Under the pieces are notes generated by a model, which saw only the letters and a list, made by a program, of their open reading frames with translations, did not search any database and was not told the DNA's origin. The translations under genes and the position numbers were made by a program. This document shows positions 57,894 through 64,000 of a DNA stretch of 64,000 bases, piece by piece. The DNA comes from Thermoplasmatota archaeon (lineage in GTDB: Archaea > Thermoplasmatota > JAKEGO01): positions 128,001 through 192,000 of the forward strand of contig JANQNK010000001.1 of the NCBI GenBank assembly GCA_028279595.1, written 5' to 3'. Position 1 is the first letter of the stretch; every line of letters begins with the position of its first letter.

Positions 57894-58087
57894 CGGGTGC
57901 CGGACCAGTGAAAAGTAATGTATTGACGAGAATCCTTTTCACTGGGCCAGTCGATCCCGCAGGATCGACGTAAATAAGCAGGAATCAGCACCATCCTTCG
58001 TGTCAACCTGGAATTGACGTAAGAAGGATGGTGCGGGTGCCGGGATTTGACCGTGATGATGCAAAGCATCATCCGGGTTCCTCAAAT
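57894..58087. repeat. Stacked palindromes containing tRNA-Gly 3'-end copies (family C stem 57905-57945; family B unit 58029-58087)
   Basis: CGGGTGCCGGA-CCAGTGAAAAG/CTTTTCACTGG; GTCGATCC/GGATCGAC; GCACCATCCTTC/GAAGGATGGTGC; 20 nt (58031-58050) identical to 58190-58209, then GATGATGC-AAA-GCATCATC and GGTTC. Confidence 0.85.
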
Positions 58088-58190
58088 GGCTGGCTGTTGC
58101 CGATAGCATTTGACGAACACCCTGTTCGAGAGCGGGTTCACATCCGCGACGCACTCCCACTCCAATGAGTGATCGTTGAAAATTGGGGAG

Positions 58191-58263
58191 TGCGGGTGCC
58201 GGGATTTGAACCCGAGTTATAAGCTTGGCAAGCTTAAGTGATACCAGGCTACACTACACCCGC
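58191..58263 (-). tRNA. tRNA-Gly (GCC)
   Basis: GCGGGTG...CACCCGC-A; anticodon arm TAAGC-TT-GCC-AA-GCTTA; GTTCAAATC. Confidence 0.96.
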
Positions 58264-59852
58264 AAGTGCTATCCGTGAAAAATGGGCTGGTTCATAAAGA
58301 TTGCGATGACGATCCTTGAAGAATAATACAAGAAGTAAAGCTAATATCAGTACCTGGGTACTAAATCCCGGTATTCCATCGTCATCGGAAGAACGAGGTT
58401 GATTCTCCACTTCTGGTTCATATGGGACGGTTACGGAGACGACATCAGTTGTAAATGACTCTCCATGCTCATTGAACGAACATACACGATAGTTGTAGGT
58501 AATGTTTCCTGTTGTCGACTTGTCGATCCACTCCACTGTATCATTGTCATTGGTGACAATGAGTTCGAGAACATCATCAATCTTACCATATGGTCTCCAG
58601 TCTTTCTCCTTAACGATCCGGTAACCTGTTAGTGGACTTGATCCAGAATCCTTCGGTCTAGTCCATTGTAGTACGTTCCCTGTACCTGGTTGATAATGTA
58701 CTGTTAAATTCGTTGGGGAGTCTGGCGCGAATTGGATTTATATCTGAATAGGCTGGTTTCATTGAAAGAAAAGTAATGATAACCGTTCAAATTCGGTGTC
58801 TGGATGACTAATCCATGAACGGTATATTTTGGCGGATCTATGGCCCCCTTAATTGTCTCGTTCCATATAATGGAATGATGTTCTGTATGAGAATGGTAAT
58901 GCAATTTCCCAGATTGAATGAACACTGAAACATTCGGATCTGATAGTGCGTTGCACCCACGATAAACCCGCTCCTTAATTGTCCGGTTCCAAAGAACGAT
59001 CCCCTCGGTGTCTAGGCATGTTATCCAAGGTCTAGAATTACCTTTAATCCTGTGGTTCAGGACATATTCTGTTTCATTTATCGAGATCGCAAACCCAGCT
59101 TGATCGTATTTGGTATCTCCTAATTTATTCTTCCACTCAACATTTCCGTCGGAATCTACTTTCACTACAACAATCCGTGGTATCCTCCCATACGTCTCCA
59201 GACCTAGGAATCCTCCATCTGGTGTCTCATACAATGAGGATGGATAATCGGAGTTATCGGTCCCGTGAGTCTCATTCGAAAATTCTATGCCTGTTTGGTT
59301 AATCCTCACCCACCAAATATCATGACCGCCCTTACCATATGATTCAGTGATCCCAGACACGAAATATCCGTTACTTCTTTCAACAATCCACGCGCCACTC
59401 TCGTGATCATTACCACCATAGGTTTTATTCCAGCTGATATCACCATCATTTGTTAGCTTGGTTAATATAATACTTGAATCATGAAGGCGAATGTCGTCTG
59501 ACCCACCGATCAAATATCCGTTATCTGATGTATGGATGAAGGTCTTTGGAACACCCGTGAATTCTGATTTCCAAACAGTTTTAAAATCGCCATCAACAAA
59601 CAAAACCACACTATTCCTATAATTATCCGCTTGTGGTGCATTTTTCGTACATAGTATCGCATGACCATTGTCAATCTGGATTATTCCGTTGACATTTACG
59701 ATCTCCTCCAATATGGATTTCTCCTCAACAACGATTGGTGTGCCTGCTTGACATTGACCAAGTACCAAAATCGAACATAGAAGTACCAACAGAGGTCCCA
59801 ACTTCACTCGCGGTAAATACACAAACGTATTAAATAATCTTTCCAAAGACAT
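58249..59852 (-). pseudogene. Frameshifted low-GC surface-protein gene: beta-propeller-like repeats, FN3 domain, PGF-CTERM-like sorting signal
   Basis: ORF 58704-59852 (signal peptide; W.KTYGG...G...W repeats) continues in a shifted frame from about 58730 (PDSPTNL...W.RP.D.GSSPLTGYRI...YNYRV...N..GES) to IPGF + TM + basic residues. Confidence 0.7.
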
Positions 59853-59884
59853 GGTATTATTATCATGAATGTTATTACATAATC

Positions 59885-60511
59885 ATGCTCCGTGTGTACG
59901 AGATCTTCAGGTCGATACAGGGAGAGGGGACCATGATGGGTGTGCCGACGGCCTTCGTCAGGCTCGAGGGGTGCAACCTCCGCTGTCGATGGTGCGACAC
60001 CAAGTTCGCCTACGAGGGCGGACGCGAGATGGAGATCGAAGACATCGTCTCGACGGTCGACAAGTTCGGGCTGATGGAGGTCTGCATCACCGGCGGAGAG
60101 CCCCTGATGCAGGACGTCATGCCTCTGGTCCAGACCTTGCTTTCGAAGGGCTATCATATCCTACTGGAAACGAACGGTTCGATCAGCATCAGCGACTATC
60201 TGCTCGACGGCGTGATGATCAGCATGGACTGGAAGGTGCCGTCATCCGGTGAGAGCGACGGGATGCTCCTCGACAACCTGGTGCATCTGCGGCCCACAGA
60301 CCAGATCAAGTTCGTCGTCGAGAACCCCGACGACCTCGCATACATAGCGAAGTTCCTGAACGATGTCGACATCAAGGCGCCTGCGGTCGTCCAGCCCGTC
60401 GGTGGATTGAACCTGGAATGGCTCGTCGACGCAGTCCTCACGAATGGAATGAATGTCCGCGTCATGCCACAATTGCACAAGTTCATCTGGGGCGAGGAAC
60501 GCGGAGTCTGA
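59885..60511 (+). CDS. queE: 7-carboxy-7-deazaguanine synthase QueE (radical SAM)
   Basis: EIFRSIQGEG, FVRL.GCNLRCRWCDT, ITGGEP, ETNG, PQLHK.IW. Confidence 0.92.
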   Translation: MLRVYEIFRSIQGEGTMMGVPTAFVRLEGCNLRCRWCDTKFAYEGGREMEIEDIVSTVDKFGLMEVCITGGEPLMQDVMPLVQTLLSKGYHILLETNGSISISDYLLDGVMISMDWKVPSSGESDGMLLDNLVHLRPTDQIKFVVENPDDLAYIAKFLNDVDIKAPAVVQPVGGLNLEWLVDAVLTNGMNVRVMPQLHKFIWGEERGV

Positions 60512-60532
60512 GGAAACCATAACTCATCGACA

Positions 60533-61318
60533 TCATCTCTCGGATGCTATATTGAAAATAGCGTGTCGGGCCAGGTGTGCTGCCAACAATGATGTTATCC
60601 CAGTATCATATGGCGGGCAAACTTCGACGATATCTATCCCGGCTATCCGATTCCCAAGATGGGCAATGACGTCGTAGATTACCGTCGAAGGTAGACCATT
60701 GGGTTCGGGGTTGCCTACCCCCGGTGCTTCCGACGGATCTATCGCATCCATGTCTATGGTGATATAGGCTTTATCTGTCGATAGTACGGCGTCCAGGTCA
60801 ACCATCGAGAGGTCCATCGGCAGGGTGGTGACCGAGGTCTCGAAGTCTCCGGCCTCCTCTCTGGACATGGATCTGAGCCCGATGTGTATCACCTTGTGGC
60901 CCTGATCGACGAGCCTTCGCGCCACGGTCGCATGGCAGAACCTCTCTCCGAGGTATTCATCCCTGAAGTCGGCGTGGGCGTCGAAGTAGACAACGTCTAG
61001 ATCGTGTGCAGAGCATGCACCGACCGTTACGGTGTGCTCGCCCCCGAGCATGATGGGCATCTTGCCCGCTCCGAGGATCCTCTCAACGGTTTCGGCCACC
61101 TGATCAGGCTCGATGTCTCCCATGTCGTGGATGGGAACGTCGTCGAGGTCCACTCCGGTCTCGATGTCGTAGGTCTCGAAGTTGTACGAGGCCATCCTGA
61201 TGGCCATGGGAGCGAGTCGAGAGCCCTTCCGGTATGACGATGTCTCGTCTACCGGAACTCCGAAAATCACGAAGTCGGCTGCATCGAACTCGGCGTCCGC
61301 ATCCGCGAACAGTGTCAT
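60533..61318 (-). CDS. speB: Agmatinase
   Basis: GGEHTVT, DAHAD, TIDMDAIDP..APGVG.PEP.G, DIVEVCP; follows aIF5A. Confidence 0.93.
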   Translation of the reverse strand: MTLFADADAEFDAADFVIFGVPVDETSSYRKGSRLAPMAIRMASYNFETYDIETGVDLDDVPIHDMGDIEPDQVAETVERILGAGKMPIMLGGEHTVTVGACSAHDLDVVYFDAHADFRDEYLGERFCHATVARRLVDQGHKVIHIGLRSMSREEAGDFETSVTTLPMDLSMVDLDAVLSTDKAYITIDMDAIDPSEAPGVGNPEPNGLPSTVIYDVIAHLGNRIAGIDIVEVCPPYDTGITSLLAAHLARHAIFNIASER

Positions 61319-61321
61319 CGC

Positions 61322-61708
61322 TCAGACCCTCGAGATCATTCTCCTGCCGACAGCGTCGATGTACTGGACGTTCTCGCCTGGTACCATCTTGTCCTTGAAC
61401 TCGTCGGGGATCTCGATGTCGAATGTCTCGTAGTTCTCCAGGTCCATCAGCTGGGCGTTGGAACCGGAGAGTGACAGCACCTGGGCGGACCTCTTCTGGA
61501 TCATCGGGACCTGCACCTTGTGCTTGACCGGGTGGACGACGCTCCTCTTCTGGTTGTCGAATATCCCGATGGCCTCGATGCGGGCCTTGGCCTCACCGTG
61601 CTTCCCGGGTTTGGAAGTTGAAATAGCTGAGATCTTGCAGGGTTCTCCATCGATCATCATGTATCTGTTCACCCTGAGTTCACGAATCTCTGAAACCGTC
61701 ACTGACAT
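61322..61708 (-). CDS. eif5a: Translation factor aIF5A
   Basis: Hypusine motif SKPGKHGEAK, QLMD...YETF; GGTGA SD before ATG 61708. Confidence 0.97.
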   Translation of the reverse strand: MSVTVSEIRELRVNRYMMIDGEPCKISAISTSKPGKHGEAKARIEAIGIFDNQKRSVVHPVKHKVQVPMIQKRSAQVLSLSGSNAQLMDLENYETFDIEIPDEFKDKMVPGENVQYIDAVGRRMISRV

Positions 61709-61764
61709 TGACTCACCGGCAGAACAACCCGTGAGGAATATATAAAATATTTGGGAATCGCCCC

Positions 61765-63261
61765 TCACTTCATTCCAAGCGTTCTGCGGACCTTTCCGAG
61801 GACGGCCTCACGCTCCTTCGCTGCGAGAACCCCGAAGGACACTGCTATTCCCAGGACGGTGAACAGGAAGAGCGGGACCGCGATCAGCATGGTCAGCATC
61901 CTCATCCCCAGGACCGCCCTCAGTATGAAGAATTCACCCAGGCATGCGAGCGGTCCCAGGGTGATGAGCTTCAGGTATCCGGCGTCGAACGCATGGACCT
62001 TGGATCTGGTCACCACGTAACCGAACGTCAGCGAGGAATAGAGTGCAAGGGCGGTCGCGGTCGCGATCGCAGAACCTGTCGCACCGTAAAGGGGAATGAG
62101 CGCTATGTTGAGCGAGATGTTCGTGATCGCCCCAACCGCTGCCATGTACATCATCATCCTCACACGGCCCATGGCGAGCATCGTCTGGCCGGACGGTCCG
62201 ACGAGTATCCTAACGGTATGTCCGATGGCGAGTATCACGAGGATGATCCACGAGGACGAATATCCACCGTAGAGGAGATTGAGGACCTGAGCCGGGAACA
62301 GGAATACTATCATGATCGCCGGCAGCGTGAGTGTAGTTATCCATTTCGTTATCCTGATGTACGCCCTCTTCAGCCGTTCCATCCTCTTCTCGGCGTAGTA
62401 TTCGGACAGGATCGGGACGTAGATGAACATCATTCCGATGTACAGGATCGGGAGCTTCACCGCGATCCATTGCGCTGTGGTGAACGACGCCACCACCGAG
62501 GTGCTCTCGAACCTGCCGAGGAGGAGAATCGAGATCAATGCATTGGACGTCTGTAGAAGCTCCTGGCCGAGCAGGGGCAGCGAGAACGCGAGGAGCGCTG
62601 CATGCATCGGCACCCATGACCTCGCCTTCGGCCTGTGTGTGAAGAGGAACCCGATGGCAAGCAATGCCGAGATCCCGAACGCGGCCGCGTATGCAGCCGC
62701 GAAATGCTCAACAGGCGCGTCACGTGACCAGAGGAAGAGGAATGACCCAACTGCGAGAGCCCTTGGCAGCAGGTCGAAGAAGTAGACCTTCGGTCTGACG
62801 TCCTTCAGTCCGCGGAAGACCGCGCCGATCTGCATGATGACGATGTTCGCGGCCAGGTGGAGGCTGAACGCCTGGAACACGACCATCAATCTGTCGTCGT
62901 TGAAGACGAACTCGGCTAGAGGATAGGCCAGGGCGAAGAAACCCAGCGAGAGAACGACCGTCGATCCCGCGGTTATCCTCATCCCGCTCCTGATGACGCT
63001 GTTGACCCGCTTCTCGTCCCTCTTGCCTTTGTAGAAACCGATCTGTCTCGGGATGGCCCTCGCGAGACCGAGGCTGCCGATGGTGAGCAGAAGAAGGCTG
63101 AGAGCCTGCGCCAGCGTGAACATCCCGAACTCTGACTGGTCCACGCTCCTGGCCAGAACGAAAAGAACGATCACCGTGAGCCCGGCCTTGCCCGCCTCGG
63201 AGAAGGTGTTGATCCCGCCACCCTTCGCGATGGCCTTCATGTCCGACCCGGACCCGCTCAT
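61765..63261 (-). CDS. Oligosaccharide flippase (MOP/Wzx-like)
   Basis: About 14 TM; LAR.....FG, LLAFSLPL, NI.LN..LIP.YG..G.A.AT. Confidence 0.88.
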   Translation of the reverse strand: MSGSGSDMKAIAKGGGINTFSEAGKAGLTVIVLFVLARSVDQSEFGMFTLAQALSLLLLTIGSLGLARAIPRQIGFYKGKRDEKRVNSVIRSGMRITAGSTVVLSLGFFALAYPLAEFVFNDDRLMVVFQAFSLHLAANIVIMQIGAVFRGLKDVRPKVYFFDLLPRALAVGSFLFLWSRDAPVEHFAAAYAAAFGISALLAIGFLFTHRPKARSWVPMHAALLAFSLPLLGQELLQTSNALISILLLGRFESTSVVASFTTAQWIAVKLPILYIGMMFIYVPILSEYYAEKRMERLKRAYIRITKWITTLTLPAIMIVFLFPAQVLNLLYGGYSSSWIILVILAIGHTVRILVGPSGQTMLAMGRVRMMMYMAAVGAITNISLNIALIPLYGATGSAIATATALALYSSLTFGYVVTRSKVHAFDAGYLKLITLGPLACLGEFFILRAVLGMRMLTMLIAVPLFLFTVLGIAVSFGVLAAKEREAVLGKVRRTLGMK

Positions 63262-63372
63262 CGGACCCCGTACGGAATGTGCATTAATCTAGTTTTAGGA
63301 CCTCTGAAAAAGGTCTGGCCATCGGTTGGAGCAATACCAAACCTTTAAGAGATGTAGCGGGTTGGTCGAGCG

Positions 63373-64000
63373 ATGAAGGCCGTCGTACTGTTGACCTTCC
63401 TGCTGTTGTTCGCACTCCCGCAGGCAACCGCCCTTACCGCGACCATGGGAGATTCTACACCCAGTGTCGAGGTGGGAGAGACCAGCTCCATGACGATCAC
63501 CATATCGACCGACCTCCCATCCGACGTCAATATCACGATCGAGGGCATTTACTATCATCTGTACTTCCATTCGAACACGACCCGAGCGGAAATGGACATC
63601 GGTTCCTTGGACCGGGTGAGGGATGATACACTCCATTTCATAAACGTCAACGGATCGTTGAACGTTGCCATCCGTCTCGATGCGACCATGTGGACCCCAA
63701 GGGGCGAGCACGACGACCGGCGTACAATGAACATTACTGTTACTGACGGCGTCGAGACCCACGAACTCAACGCCACCCTCAGGGTCTACCACGACTGGGA
63801 GACCGACGTCAACGGACTCAAGTTCTTCCTCGCACTCTTCCCTCTGATTTCGATCTTCGTCGGTATCGCATTCCTGAAAAGGGACGGGATGTCCATGTCG
63901 GTCATCGGATGGCTGATCGCCGCGGTACTGGCCGCCGGCTTCTTCCACACTCCAGGAGATGTCATCGCCGGGGCTACCGTCATCGGCATCCTCAAGGCCT
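63373..64000 (+). CDS. Probable L-lactate permease (LctP-like) with an N-terminal extracellular domain (3' truncated)
   Basis: MKAVVLLTFLLLFALPQATA signal peptide, ~125-aa beta-rich domain, then FLALFPLISIFVGIAFLKRDGMSMSVIGWLIAAVLAAGFFHTP...GILKA, which resembles the LctP N-terminus. Absent from the ORF track because it has no stop in the window. Confidence 0.55.
   Translation, partial: MKAVVLLTFLLLFALPQATALTATMGDSTPSVEVGETSSMTITISTDLPSDVNITIEGIYYHLYFHSNTTRAEMDIGSLDRVRDDTLHFINVNGSLNVAIRLDATMWTPRGEHDDRRTMNITVTDGVETHELNATLRVYHDWETDVNGLKFFLALFPLISIFVGIAFLKRDGMSMSVIGWLIAAVLAAGFFHTPGDVIAGATVIGILKA

Noticed and set aside
58704-58745. Programmed -1 ribosomal frameshift
   Set aside because: No X-XXY-YYZ slippery heptamer in the permitted interval; a mutation or assembly error is more likely.
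59885-60511. queE as part of a 7-deazaguanine DNA-modification (dpd) defence island
   Set aside because: No dpdA/tgt paralogue or other dpd genes nearby; consistent with housekeeping archaeosine synthesis.

Overview
High-GC archaeal chromosomal window, most consistent with Thermoplasmatota (inferred from gene content). It holds: three large cell-surface proteins; a complete archaellum operon (arlB-arlC/D/E-F-G-H-I-J) followed by a fused sulfotransferase; housekeeping genes (pheS, Hel308 helicase, rpl11, ftcD, pyrG, taw1, nadC, psmB, aCPSF1/FttA, mptA, spt5, rnz, rpe, purH, queE, speB, aIF5A); glycosyltransferase, alkaline-phosphatase-superfamily and flippase genes; a membrane-embedded solo Cas4-like nuclease; and four tRNAs (Asp-GTC, Arg-TCT, intron-containing Tyr-GTA, Gly-GCC). 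The most unusual signal is non-coding. All four tRNA genes are flanked by partial copies of themselves that are interrupted or capped by small palindromic inserts. These fall into three recurring structural families, each shared between different tRNA loci, and no integrase or transposase is present in the window. Protein calls come from motif recognition only; no database searches were run.
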